From: Marsupella aquatica
Taxonomy: Eukaryota > Plantae > Marchantiophyta
Length of the DNA stretch: 64,000 nucleotides
Direction of reading: 5' to 3'
Assembly (NCBI GenBank): GCA_973895155.1
Contig: OZ316898.1
Span: 18,797,292 to 18,861,291 of the forward strand
Under the pieces are notes generated by a model, which ran no database searches, was not told the origin of the DNA, and saw nothing but the letters and a program-made list of their open reading frames with translations. Within the stretch, counting starts at the first letter, position 1, and the number at the start of each line of letters is the position of its first letter. The position numbers were made by a program, and so were the translations under genes. Shown here piece after piece: positions 52,046 to 64,000 of this stretch.

Positions 52046-52807
52046 ATGCAACGCACGGGCATAGGGCTTGTTTATCACATATTAAAGCTTCAAGCCAGCT
52101 GGTCAAGGTTGTTAGCACGAGTCTTCATGGCTCATGGGGGAGTACATTGGGGGGGCCAATACAAAGAAGACAATGGCCAAGGATTGGATAGAGAGTGTCC
52201 TTGCAGGTACAATGAGGACATCAAGGGGAAATAATATACTTGCAAGTACATTGATCTGAAGGATCAAGAAAGATTCTCCTCCCTCCATTTGCAGTGTCTC
52301 TATTTTTATTACCCCTTTTAGCTTTGCTTTCCTTTTTTAAAACAATATGTTTTGAAAGATGACCACTGTAAAAAGTAGCGGGACCTTGTATTATAGTATT
52401 ATAGTATATATATAATATCAACCACGAGTCAATGAAATCATCAGCTGGTTCCTGACTGTGCTAGAGTAGGTCAATAAGGTGGGGCAGGGTCCCGAGTTAC
52501 AAACCCGTTGGTGCAACTGTCTTTTGATATTCATCCCACCCATAAGTGGGATTCATTCATTCTAGTTATACTTAAAAAAAATTGAGGGAGTAGGCAGCGA
52601 ACGCAGGCAGGTACTTACAGGAGGTGTGTGGGAGACTCATAATGGGCCTTGATCTTGCCTTTCAAGCTTAATTAACTCTATTTACATTCTTTGAACTGGC
52701 AGTTGTTAGTGCTATATATAAATTAAAACACAATGCGTTAGCCGGTGTTTCCAGCCATGAGTAAAAGGTTACTACTCTCAATCTGTGAAGTGTGCCTCAG
52801 AAATCAG

Positions 52808-53078
52808 GCTAGTCTTTAGGAGTGTGCTGCTCCCCGTGTAGTTACTAAATGTCTTGTTTAGTTGCCTCCTTCCCTTGCACTGGTTATTAAATGTCTTGTT
52901 TAGTTGCCTCCTTCTTCCCTTGCACCGGCTCCACGGGTTTTCTTTTAGCACCCCCACCTTCTGTCCTTAGGGGGATGCCCTGAATGGGGCTCCCCTTTTT
53001 CTGTATGCTGGCTATTTGAATCTATTTCATTTGGTTTTTTTGAGGGAAAAAAAAAATGAAAGGCAAAAAAAAAAAATT
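52808..53078 (+). mobile_element. About 270-bp poly(A)-tailed retroposed insert upstream of the TITAN9-like gene
   Basis: Exact 18-bp TSD gtgtgcctcagaaatcag at 52790-52807 and 53079-53096; two A-runs at the 3' end; internal duplication of about 40 bp (taaatgtcttgtttagttgcctcctt). Confidence 0.85.
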
Positions 53079-53409
53079 GTGTGCCTCAGAAATCAGTCAC
53101 TTGTAAGAGGTTACTAATCTCAATCTGTGAAGCGACTACTCTGGCTTTGGGGGCGTAGCGTTGGGGGCGTAACCAGGCTGGGGTCGGGGTCGGGGAGGGG
53201 CGTAAGGGTGAAAGGGGCGTTATTAGCTTTTGAAATCCGCTGCACGAGGAGCCGATACACTTCGCGGGAGGGGAAGGACGAAGATTTTTAAACCCCATTG
53301 ATCTTTGCCGCAAGAGGTGTGGGGGAGCAAGCTTCGAAGCCCAAGATTGGAGTCCCGGAGGATCACGCGAATGAATGGAGGATCAAGCGAATGACTTCTC
53401 TTCCTCTGA

Positions 53410-55515
53410 ATGGAGTCCTCTCTTTCAATGGCGTCTTCTGTTGCCGCTGTGAGTTTACATGATCACTCTTCGCGTTCTTCGTGCCTGCATCTGCATAGTA
53501 CCTTTGATGGAGTGATTTGCGTCACTCCTCCGTCCCCCACCCTAGGTTTCCTTTTGCTCCCTCGCTTCAGGTTGGACATTCATTGCCTCATCCTCTTTTC
53601 GGGTTTCTCTTGCAGTTGCAGGATGCTTACAACAAGCTCTATAGGAAATATCAAAATCTGAAGGTGACACCTCTCGTGCCAGAAGTCGATCACAGACAGT
53701 CCTTTCCCTGATAATGTCCAGCCTTTGAAGGGTGTGATCACCGGATTGATTCTGCACCGATCCACTGCTTTGGTTGTGTTGACTCTTGAAACGAGTTCAA
53801 TGAGTGTGAGCTCATAGCGTAACTGCTTCTTGCTGAGCCTCAACCGAATTCCTTGTCTCTGGTATTGCTCTTGGCAGACAAGACAACTTGCCGAAGCAGC
53901 TGAGGCCTTCGACGAGCAGTCAAGAAGGATCGAAGTATTTTCTACAGGTTCTTTGACATTATCCTCAACCATTGCAAGACTGCCATATTCGAATGCTGTA
54001 TTGTTTCATGAATTCTCTCAGTTTGGCATTCTCGCTGGAAATTTCTATGTCAGCTCACTCTGTTGGTGTCGGTCTATCCACTCGCATTTCAAGAATGACG
54101 GGGTACTATGAGGTCCACGGCCCCTTGCATATCAATGTACCAGACTGAGCATCCTTCAAATATATTTGAACTCAGTAAAGTACTAACAGTATGCTTAATT
54201 TATCAAACCCTTCTAAGTTTTGTTCGTCTGACTGTGTATGTCCGCCTGCGCGCAGCTGCAGATGATCTCGTTCAAAATTTGAGAACCACAAATTCTATTT
54301 GTGAAGAGGAATTGATAAACAGGTGCGGGTTAGCAGTAATAAATTTCCTTGTTTGGTCCGGTGACCGTTTCATTTGTTCCGATCACGTACTGTCTCTCGA
54401 TTGTCAAGGCCTTTTCAGTCCTTCGGTGCTTTCTGTTTAATTATTGCCAAGATGCATCGACAACTAACTATTGTGGCGAAAGGAGATTCTGCGGCAGTTG
54501 AGCAGTATAGACATCTCTTGAAGATGTGCATACAACGTAGATGGATATAGACCCCCTTTTGCCAACAAAATACTTCAGTTTGTCTATGATTACTTCATCA
54601 AGGCTTCGAACGAACATGCGAACTAACTTTGTCGTGAGATTATATAAATTGTGTAAAGGTCAAGAGCTCTGGAAGCGGCTTACATTAAATGCCAAAACGA
54701 TCTCGTCATCGAACGTGCACGAAGTACGGACTCGCTCTTTGTATACGTTGCCCCAATTAGATCCAGTCACATAATTGCTCTTAAGCAAGAATCCTAGTTT
54801 TGAACCCTCACATAGCTGGGCTTTCTGCTATCAGTCGACATATGCGCAATTTGACCAATCCGTTCTCCAAGAATGTCTTCCTAGAATCTCGAAGGTGATT
54901 GGAACCTCAAAGTTGGAAGAGTTTGAAAACACCAATGCTTTCGAGTCATGACGATGTGCAGACCTAGAACTCCGGCAACGTCTTGAGAACGCTGAACTGG
55001 GTGGAAGTAAGCTACTGTACGACTTGCTAGAACATACAACCCAGCTTACAATTTTGACTCATGGGAAGTCAGAGATCATGTTTTCCCACATTCAAAGTGG
55101 TCAGTATGACCTAACTTGACAATTGCTTCTGCTTCACGGGACTGTTCTCTTCGTGTTCTTTTAATCATATCTCCTGCACATTGTTCAATCAGGTTTACAG
55201 TGGTGAGAACACTTCTTTGTAGGTAAACATGTCAGCCACTGCCCAGGAGATGCAATACACACGACTTGGAACTGTTCTTACAAATCTAGTTTGTTGGTTT
55301 GGAACTTGGCAGGTTATGAATTCAAGCTCGAGCAGAACAAACTCTCAGAAGAAGTAGGCGGTCCGAAGGCCCTATTGTACAACGTCGTTTCGCCAGGAAC
55401 CATCTTACAGGTCGCACCGGAATGGATGCAGTCAGAAATTGTATTTGATATGGCCCAAGCTCTGGTTTTCTTCCGGAGGATGGCTGTTGCTCTTCGTGGC
55501 GGTACATCAGTGTAA
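53410..55515 (+). CDS. TTN9: TITAN9-like protein (coiled coil plus conserved C-terminal domain; reported as Csm1/monopolin-related), multi-exon
   Basis: Exons 53410-53448, 53622-53663 (DAYNKLYRKYQNLK), 53878-53947 (DEQSRRIEVFST), 54256-~54322 (AADDLVQNLR) and final 55313-55515 (GYEFKL...LLYNVVSPGTILQVAPEWMQSEIVF..ALVFFRRM). Resembles the TTN9 motifs LYxKLYxKY and LLYxxxSLGTxxxVAPEWM. Middle exons unresolved. Confidence 0.78.
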
Positions 55516-56749
55516 ATGATAAATCAAGGCCTTTCTTGCCTCTGGATCACATGTACTTGATCAGTCGAGGAATTTCCCTGAGATCTTATTCATTGATAAT
55601 CAGGGCAGAGTGTCTAGACATCCACTGTGATGTCCTTTCTCTCGTAGTTTAGCTTGTAAAATAGTAAGAAATGCGGATGGCACTGATCAGCACATTATTC
55701 TTTAGGAAGTAAGTTCAACTAAAAAGTCATAACCTGGGCACAGAGATGCACTACAGCATTCTAACATTCCTTAATTGTAAAATTCGCACACTCGAAAACC
55801 CATCTTCGCACAACATTACAGTTTCTTATGTGCAAGGGAGAACCCAATATGAATTTTCTCGAATGAAAGCAAGCTTTCTCTGTCGCGGGCTGGAAGAGAA
55901 GTCTGCCAGAGAAATTAGAACATTTGAGTAGGCTGTTGTTCAATTCTACCAGCAACATGGACTTGCGAATGGTTACTCTCATCTGCAAGTAGTCATTGAT
56001 ATTCGCCTTCCGTGCCCGCTCCATGAAACAGGATCAATCGCGGGTCCCTGTACCTTAGCCCTACATAAGGATGTAGGTAGAATAGCGTAGTGAAAGGCCC
56101 AGATAAGGTCCACAGTCCATAATTCAATTGTAAGTGGAAGATGTGGCTTTTTTGGATTGATTCGTTGGATGGTTTCTTCAGAGAGTTTTGCTCCGCCACT
56201 GTTCCAGGGACAGAATCCTGGTGGATCCAGGTTACCAAAATTAGTCTATACAGTTCTTAAGAAAGTAAAACCGTGCACTACTTAGTTTGTGTTCTCTTTG
56301 TGACTTCGGCCTGGTGTGTTTCTCCTCTCCCTTACACCCTAAATAACTCAACCATGTGGCACACATGTATATGTATGTGCTGCTAGGTCCTAGTTATAAG
56401 TTCCTAACCCACACTTGGTTGGAGTGAGTAGTGCCCTTGGTCACTTCCTGGAAATTACACGAAACCAGGATGCAACTAAATTCCACCAAGTATTGTGCTT
56501 CTACTTCTCTACTTCTTTCGAACCTTCCTGGTTTCACCATCAAGAAGCTTCCTCATCCAAATACTTCAAATGGTCCTAAAAGATGTGTCATATCCATGCC
56601 TATCAAAGTCGCCCAATTCACAAACTTCGGGAAACCAACCATAATCCATCTGTTTTGTGCAATGTTGGGTTTGTCCAGGTCCTTACTAATGGACTCAGGG
56701 CCTGTACGGCTCCTGGAAATATACTCCTGGTCTTTCTCACATCTATTTA

Positions 56750-57060
56750 ATCTCTACTATAATTTGTGATTGAAGTCTCCTCTCATGGCCTATTCAGTAG
56801 AGTGTATCGTTGCAAATCTACACTAAAATTTGTGATTGCAGTCTACGCTCATGACCTATTTGGTAGAGTGAATGGTGCAAATCTATACCAAAATTTGCAG
56901 TCACTATAATTTTTGATTGAAGTCAATGTTCATAATCACTCCATAGAGTGAAATTCATAGGCCTTAGTTTCTCTGCATATTGCAAATTTTGATATTTACT
57001 TTGTTCTTGTCCACAGCCATAATATCCTTATGTTCATGACCTACTCCATGGAGTGAAGCC
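56750..57060 (+). repeat. Degenerate tandem array of about 65-bp units
   Basis: Recurring cactataatttgtgattgaagtc...ctcatgacctat..tagagtg..tgcaaatcta. Confidence 0.7.
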
Positions 57061-57669
57061 CTAGACTCTAATTTCTCTGGTAATAGCAAATTTTGATATT
57101 TAGATTATACTTGTGAGTAAGGATGGGCATAGGGAGTCTGGGTACTAATCTGGGTCCAAGGCGGCCTTTGTGTTCATAAGCAAGGGTACGCGGGTTAGTC
57201 TTGTTGGCATTAGTACCAGCCAGTCTGGCCATGGGGAAAATATTTAGTTGCACAGGTATTTACTCAGTTCTATTATGCTCACAATACTAGTAATATATAC
57301 CAAGCTCATCCAAAAACATGTTTCATTTTTTGTCTTATGATGATGAGTAGGTGATTTAAGTTATTTTGGCTGTTACTTAGTAATTGCTAAACCACAACTC
57401 CTTGTATTTAAGTAGCTGTTGAATTGTATGACCATAAATGCTGAGCAGGGTGCATAGAAGCCAATGATAGGGCACGAGGAACAGGAGAAAATTGCAAAGT
57501 TCATTTACATTTGTTTTGAAAATTAATATTTACTCATCCATAGGTCTCATTGAGATCTTTCTTTGGAGCTGTAGATCAGGCACTAACATGAATGGATGAG
57601 ATCTCTGGAGATGAGAAAGACAGACAGCTCAAAATTTCTCTTCTCCACAAATTTACAGACTATATTCAC

Positions 57670-58060
57670 AAAAGGATGGGTCCCACCAGAGCCCCACTAT
57701 CCATCTTGACCATGCATTTTTGTCAGCCCATTTTCATGGTCTTACAACATGCTCAAGCTCGAGCAATTTATACTCAATCCCTCACATTGGGTGCTACTCT
57801 TGGTGATAGTGTGCCTCCGCGGATGCTTGCCTCCCAGAGAACATTCTTGTCCCACTTGCTCATTTAGTTAGGACATTGGATGCGGACCATTGACTCTTCC
57901 CACATTTGCTTATGATGTTGTACACTAGTCCTTCCCAATAGTGACATGTTAGCTATTTTCCCCTTCCTCTTCTTCTTTTTTAGGGTTGCACTTGCTTTTC
58001 TTTTTTCTTGTTTGGTGTTTGTCCTCTTTGGACCTCTTTTTCTTTCTTTTTATTTTACTT
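57670..58060 (+). mobile_element. Older 3' fragment of the same RLE non-LTR family as 35158-36048
   Basis: RMGPTRAPLSILTMHFCQPIFMVLQHAQARAIYTQSLTLGA aligns by eye with RMGPTGPPLSVLTTHFRQRISVTLQRAQARAVYRRSLTVGA, followed by a T-rich tail region. Confidence 0.8.
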
Positions 58061-58716
58061 TGGTTTTTCCCTAATTTATATTTTTTGGTGGAGTTTGGTT
58101 TTATTACCATTTTAGGGAGATTGTTTAAAGTTGGAGCAACCCTATAGCAGCATCAAAATTTCAATTTATGTTCACGAGTACTAAGGCTAAACCCTGAACG
58201 ATTTAGGGTGGGTGGCAACGTGGTGAATTGCAAAGACAGGATGCTACAAGACTGCACCAAGGGAAATGAGTGATAAATGATTCCATGAGCGTGGGAGCCA
58301 CGTCTGTCCCAATTAAATCATTTAAGTGGGTGTCTTGCGACCATAGATTGGTGAAAAGACCACACCAATGAGAATGACTTTCATCTACAGGTGTCCTCAG
58401 TGTGATGAAAGGCAATCACGAGTTGTGAGAGGGAGACAAGGAGTGCGAAATGAACTTTGGCAGCAATGTTGATGATTATTTCTGCCACTTATTAAATGCA
58501 CATGGACCCCACTCATGCAGACGGTTGGCTTGTGACCACCAGTCTGCAATGACATGGAGGAGCGGACGAGTGCCAAGAGTCCCACAGAAAGAGGTGTTGG
58601 CAGCTGAGAGCTTTTTACGTAAGGAGACTTCTAGAACACCCAGAGCAGAAGCTGGAGAAAGCGCAGGACAGAGTTGGAATCAGCAGCTCTCTCACTCAGA
58701 GCTCAGACAATGCACT

Positions 58717-58934
58717 TTCCGCGAGTTCTAGATTCGGCATTTCTTTGCTACCAAGGTATATGCCACGCGAAGAGCCTTCCTCCCAGACCTGCTTGAGAAA
58801 ACCCATTTCTCTTGTACAAGTCGATTCCGCGAGTTTAAGATTCGGCATTTTCTTTTCTACCAAGGTATATGCCACGCGAGGAGCCGTCCTGCCAGACCTG
58901 CAAGAGAAATCCATTTCTCTTGTACAAGTCGATT
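58717..58934 (+). repeat. Tandem duplication of about 109 bp upstream of the PLA2-like gene
   Basis: ttccgcgagtt..agattcggcattt...ctaccaaggtatatgccacgcg...ccatttctcttgtacaagtcgatt occurs twice. Confidence 0.9.
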
Positions 58935-59069
58935 GGTGGTTGGGTTCCTCCCATTTGGAGATCGTATAGGGAGTAGAAGTGCTGCAATTGCTGCTGGTGC
59001 TGCTGGTGCTGGGTAGCCTGCCTTGTTGCTTTCCATGCAGGAAAAATTTCAGTTGATTTCAGATTAGGA

Positions 59070-59933
59070 ATGGCCATGAAGCTTGAAGCCTTGAGCATCT
59101 TCTCAACCTTCAGTAGCCCAATCCACAGTGCACGAAATGTTTTGAAAGATCAGAATGGGAAACCTGTCATCCCTGATGTCCCTGAGCTAAATAAAAGTGG
59201 CCTTATCGAAGCGGAGCAGGCGGCGAAGGGAAGCAATTTTCTTCAAGTCGAGCAGACGGGTTGCGGGTTGTCCCAGTTTACTCCTTATTCGTCTAAAATT
59301 CCCTGGCATACAGGGAGCAGAGGTACTCTCTCGAGGCTGTTTCCGAGGTACGGAAACTACTGTGGGCCGAATTGGTCCAGTGGGAGGGAGAGTGGATCCC
59401 TGGTTTGGGACCAGGCACCCATCGATGCGTTGGATTTCTGCTGCTATCAACATGATATGGGCTACGACAGCTACGAGCAGGCCGACCTCCACACGGCTGA
59501 TCTGGTCTTTCTGAACTGCTTGGAAAAAATACCTCAAGAGGGCCGAAAAGCTGGGGATTCCAATCTCAGTGAACCTTATAGAAATCTTTACATTTTGGGT
59601 AAGTGGATGGCTCCTAAGCTTGCACCCGTCTTCTCTCTTCTATTAAGCATTGTCGCTCTTCGTATAGTTTCTTTGCGGCAAGTTTTTGATCTTACTAGAA
59701 TTTGGAATGCGTCTCAAGCTTCAGGTTTTAAAAATCGGAGCTGTATTCTCAGTAGCTTTTATGTTGACCTTTAAACGGCCCTTTTACGGATCATTGATTG
59801 CTGATGACTTTGTGCAGGTTTAAGGAATGTTCTGATTCCTTACAGGAAGTTCTTGCTGCAAAAAGTGGACGAAAAAACCAGGAAAAGATTAACGGAGGAG
59901 GAGATTTTTGGGGACGATAGAAGTGGTAATTAG
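59070..59933 (+). CDS. Phospholipase A2-family protein (plant PLA2-like), 2 exons
   Basis: YGNYCGPNW loop and DFCCYQHDMGYD catalytic His-Asp motif. Exon 1 59070-59598 (gtaagt donor), exon 2 59818-59933 (GLRNVLIPYR...stop). Start codon uncertain. Confidence 0.9.
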
Positions 59934-62003
59934 AATTTTCGTGATCTACCTTGTCTTGGGAAGGATTTCTGTACAAACTCATAGATCGTAGTCATGTTAC
60001 TGCGATCATTTGTGTGTGCTAATTAGAGCACACTTTTCTCAAGGTTTCAAAATTGTTGTCCTTCAGTTTAACTCGGCTGCTGAATGCACAACTGAAACCG
60101 GAGATCGAGCTAGGGAGATCGAGAAAGTGACGATGTTCACGACTCCATCATGATCACAGAGCAATTTTCAGGCTAAAATTTAAGATTCTATTTTGCTTTA
60201 TAAGCAAAGAAAGCTTGGTGACAGCGGGGCTATAAGAAGTCATTCCGAACTGTGGTCAGATAGTGTAGTGGTTGTGTAGGTTGTATTCAGCCTTTGTAAT
60301 TGTCAATTATTATCAACCTTGTGTAAGTAGTCTGACCTCGGTTCTTACCATGCTGGTTGTCACTGGGAAGCATTTGAATGCAAAATACCTTTGATTACAT
60401 ATGGGTACTCTTTGCAGCTTCTAATTCGCGCACCCGAGTTGATGCTTAAAAGTGGACCACAAAATTTTGCTAATGTTGAGGTATTGGAAAGTCTGAAAGC
60501 TGCAGCTCTGAACCACGAGAGAGAATTCAAGAGTGCTTTGATAATCAGGGGTTGTAAAGCTAAATCTTCATTGAGAAGCAATCTTCTATCAATTTTGATA
60601 GCACTCTTTGCCCCCGGGTTGTATTGGAGATGTAGGGGCAGGATAAACGTGTAGATGTTGACGAGCAACTCATCAACGATGGCAAGTTCTACCCGGGCCA
60701 AAAATTGAAGGACTGATGCATTGAGACGCTTATCATTATAGTTGCCATAGTGTCGTAAGTTATAGCAGTAATTACTTACGAGAAGATTCGTTCTACTGCA
60801 TGGAGAGTGGGAAATGCCTGACATTGAGTTCATTACTGTTGAGGAATAACCTCGGTTGGACATGTTAGAGTAGGTACTACTGGAACAAGAATTAGGGATT
60901 CATCTGTTTAAGTGTTCGAAAAGTGTTCTTCACAACTGAAGTGAACGATTGTGGGTCGTCATAAGTGATATGCATTATACTTACAAGTAAGAAGATTTCC
61001 TATCAGGGATATAGTCCTGGTGGCCAACTTTTAAAAAACTCAATACCATACCTGCCAATTGTGTCCATGTAAAGGAAAGCATGCCTGTTACAGCTTCATG
61101 AAACAACGAGATGCAGTTCGAGCAACTGTTGCTTCACTGCAGGACACCAGACATTAGCCAATGGTTTACTAAATGCTCTCTTGTTGTATGTGGCAGAGCA
61201 AAGTCAGTGAGAAGGTCCAAACCCAATGCACTTTAGTCTGACAGTATAATTACAGCTGACTACCCTGGCTATCCCCTACTACAGTAGCTTGTTGTCCTGT
61301 CGTTCAGATTCATGAGGCTCCGGCGATTCAGCACCCACCCTGGGAAACATGGGGAGAGGATGTTGAACTTATGACGACCCACAATCGTAAGATAGCTTTC
61401 TTTATGAACTGCTATAAGGTTCCAAATCCAAATGAATCCTGAACCAGGATAATATAGTGGCATGCTAGGTTTGAAGCGACTAGTGTACAACATATCTAGA
61501 TCAGAATGATGATGAAGGTAGACAACACTGATTTTTTCCTTTCGTTTCTAATATGCACAAACCAGTACCCAGACTCAATGGGAGATCCAGTAGTTTATGT
61601 CGATTCCTTTCACTGGTCCAGCACTTGCTTTTGAATAGCCAAGATTGACAAAGATCTGGTGGCGTACCGTCTCTATTAGCTTGGCTAACGCAGTAGAGTC
61701 AGGCATGGACGATCTTAGAGCTATAACTACACTTTGAAATAGATTTTACAGCTGCTCATTTCTAGAAGTCCAGTATCACCACCGCTGCTATCTTTTGTTC
61801 TTCTCGGATGAGATTTTAAGGTAGAAAAGGAAACGTATAAGCATTGAAATTCATCATTGAACGCCATGCAAGCATCTCGTTGTTGTTGAGTGATTGTGGT
61901 ATGAAAGATTTGTAAGCCTGTTAAGCTGTGGAATTATACATTGACGTTGTGTCTTCGGGAGAGAGGGAAGAAAACCCTTCTCTGCACAAATATTTTAATA
62001 GAA

Positions 62004-62079
62004 ACCTAGCGTCATCGAATTCTCGACACATTACAAAAGTGACCTAGCGTCATCGAATTCTCGACACATTACAAAAGTG
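62004..62079 (+). repeat. Perfect 38-bp tandem duplication
   Basis: acctagcgtcatcgaattctcgacacattacaaaagtg occurs twice. Confidence 0.95.
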
Positions 62080-64000
62080 GACTTCTGCGTCTGAAATTCC
62101 CTGTATTCTAACTGAGCCCGACTGATATTGAATCCAGCTTTGACAGCTCTTGCATGGCTTTCTGGATTTGCAAATTCCTGCAGAAGTACATGGTCATGCG
62201 TGAGACTTTTGGCTCGTGACGAAAATAGACGCAGATCCGCGATGTGCTAAATTTCTGTTCGGGTTACACTGATGAAGGAAACTTCTTCGAGGGGGACCAC
62301 TGTCAAGGTGTCTATGGCTGTAATTGCAGTCCTTCGTTGGGCTCCATTAATCTGACAGTGTTTAGTCCAGTATACTTGCAAACTACATTTGGATACCTTC
62401 TCTTGCAGCTGACTTCCTTATGGTGCTCGAACCTTTCAAACTCACGACATGACTCACTTGAGTCCACAATAATTTGCGATGGGTTTGTGAGAACGAAAGA
62501 ATGGTAGCTCATGGGCAGACAATTGCTGACTAAGCGCTCATGAACATGTAAATGCTCGAATCACCCTTGGAAACTGTCTGCCACATACAGCGCGTCCCTA
62601 AGATCATCAATTACTTGAATTCTATCTCACTGTTCACAGAAGTCTCAGGCGTCCGATTGATTGACTGGATAACGATGCCAGTAAATTGTGTTTAGGTCAG
62701 AGGATGTTGTCTTATACAATCCCTTGTGCACCATCTTTCTCTTAATTCATAAGCGTCCACGTACGCCTCCGGTCTTAGAGTACTCAGCTCCAGGTATGTC
62801 ATCGTCAAAGTATACTCGTTGGTATTGTATACAGCACCACGAGACCTCACAACTCTTGGTGCTTTCTCTTGTCGGCCTCTCATCGTTAACCTCACCCTTT
62901 CTTCAGCTACCGTTTTCACTTGGAAACTAGAATTAGGACTTGCCGACAAAGACAGAACACAATGGCCACTTCGAACAGCATCAAGCCGGGAATTTTGGCC
63001 TCAAACCTACACCTGCCGCAACTGCTGTATCTGTTCCAGCTAGATCTGCTTTTTCACCCTCTCTCTCTTCTCGTCCCTGAACACAAATTCTTGAATCAAT
63101 TATTAGTTGGCAGGCGGGAGGCCATAGTGGAGCCAATCACTCTCATCCTTTTCTCTCTCTTCCCGTCTCTAAGCCCGAATTCTCGATGACACCTTCGAAT
63201 CTACCTCTCTTCTCGTTTGTAAACATACATCTCTCAATTAGCAGTTTGGAAGACTGGACACCACAATAAGGCCGATCATGCTCCACCTTCTCCCTAAACA
63301 CAAATTCTTGAATAAATTAGCAGCAGGCAGAGCGTTAGCCCACAATCGGGCCCATCAAGCTCACCCAACAAACAGCTCTAGAAAGAGGAGATGCTCATCG
63401 AGCATTAGTTTTGAAGTCAATCACAATTTCATCACGAATATCCATTGATGACAAGACAGGACCTAATTCGAATTCTCCTCTACCTATTCTCCAAAAGGAG
63501 TCTTCTTCCTCTTAAGCCTAGTTTTCCACTGCACCCGGGTCACGACGATACTAGAAAGCCTAGAACAAGATGACCATTAGAATCCATGTATTGCTTCAAA
63601 GATCGTTCTGTTGATCGTTCTCCAACAGAAGGAAGGAGTAAAACCAGAAGCGGTAGGATTGCAATCCAAGATAACGAATTGAAAACGAACAAAGGATTGT
63701 AAGAAACGTAATGGAAACGAGGAAGGGACTACAAGAAAGCAAATTGAAGACGGAGAAGCGACTGCGAAACTAGTAAATGAATCAGCAGGTCTGCAAGAAG
63801 AGAAACTCGAAAAGAAGAGATTGCAATCGAAATAAAACCAAGCATGCCACGGTGAACTCGAAACGTAGTCACTGCCATCAAAGTCTTTTCGATGTACAGC
63901 AGCAAAAAAAAGGCTTTCGGCCCTAAACCCAACGCTGACCGGATTACCGTCCATCATTCTTTCGCCCCTGTGCGGATGCTGAGGGAGTGAGGGGACAGAC

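Noticed and set aside
58187-58199. CTAAACCCTGAAC, resembling the land-plant telomerase RNA template region
   Set aside because: No USE (RTCCCACATCG) or TATA at Pol III spacing upstream and no G-rich 5' / C-rich 3' closing stem visible; more likely a telo-box-like or TE-derived motif.
60360-60863. 167-aa minus ORF and an overlapping 87-aa plus ORF
   Set aside because: No convincing motif; only a vague mTERF-like impression on the plus strand.

Overview
Eukaryotic land-plant nuclear DNA with GT-AG spliced genes. A non-seed plant such as a bryophyte is suggested by sequence divergence but cannot be proven here. Six host genes can be built by eye: an uncharacterised plant protein (-, 3520-8309), a single-exon U-box/ARM E3 ligase with a decayed C-terminus (+), a ~16-exon PIAL-type SP-RING SUMO ligase (-), a TBC1D5-like Rab-GAP (+), a TITAN9-like gene (+) and a PLA2-like gene (+). 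A separate ORF at 103-723 (-) encodes an RNase H1 N-terminal domain. Intergenic DNA is rich in transposon relics. These include a 5'-truncated restriction-like-endonuclease (RLE; CRE/R2-group) non-LTR retrotransposon with an exact 15-bp TSD, a second older copy of it, and three 200-270 bp A-tailed retroposed inserts with 13-18 bp TSDs, one of them highly structured and inside a PIAL intron. There is also a Tc1/mariner-type MITE, a Mutator-like foldback MITE, a possible decayed CxC2-KDZ transposase and several tandem arrays. All assignments come from manual reading and motif recall; no searches were run, and some exon boundaries are approximate.
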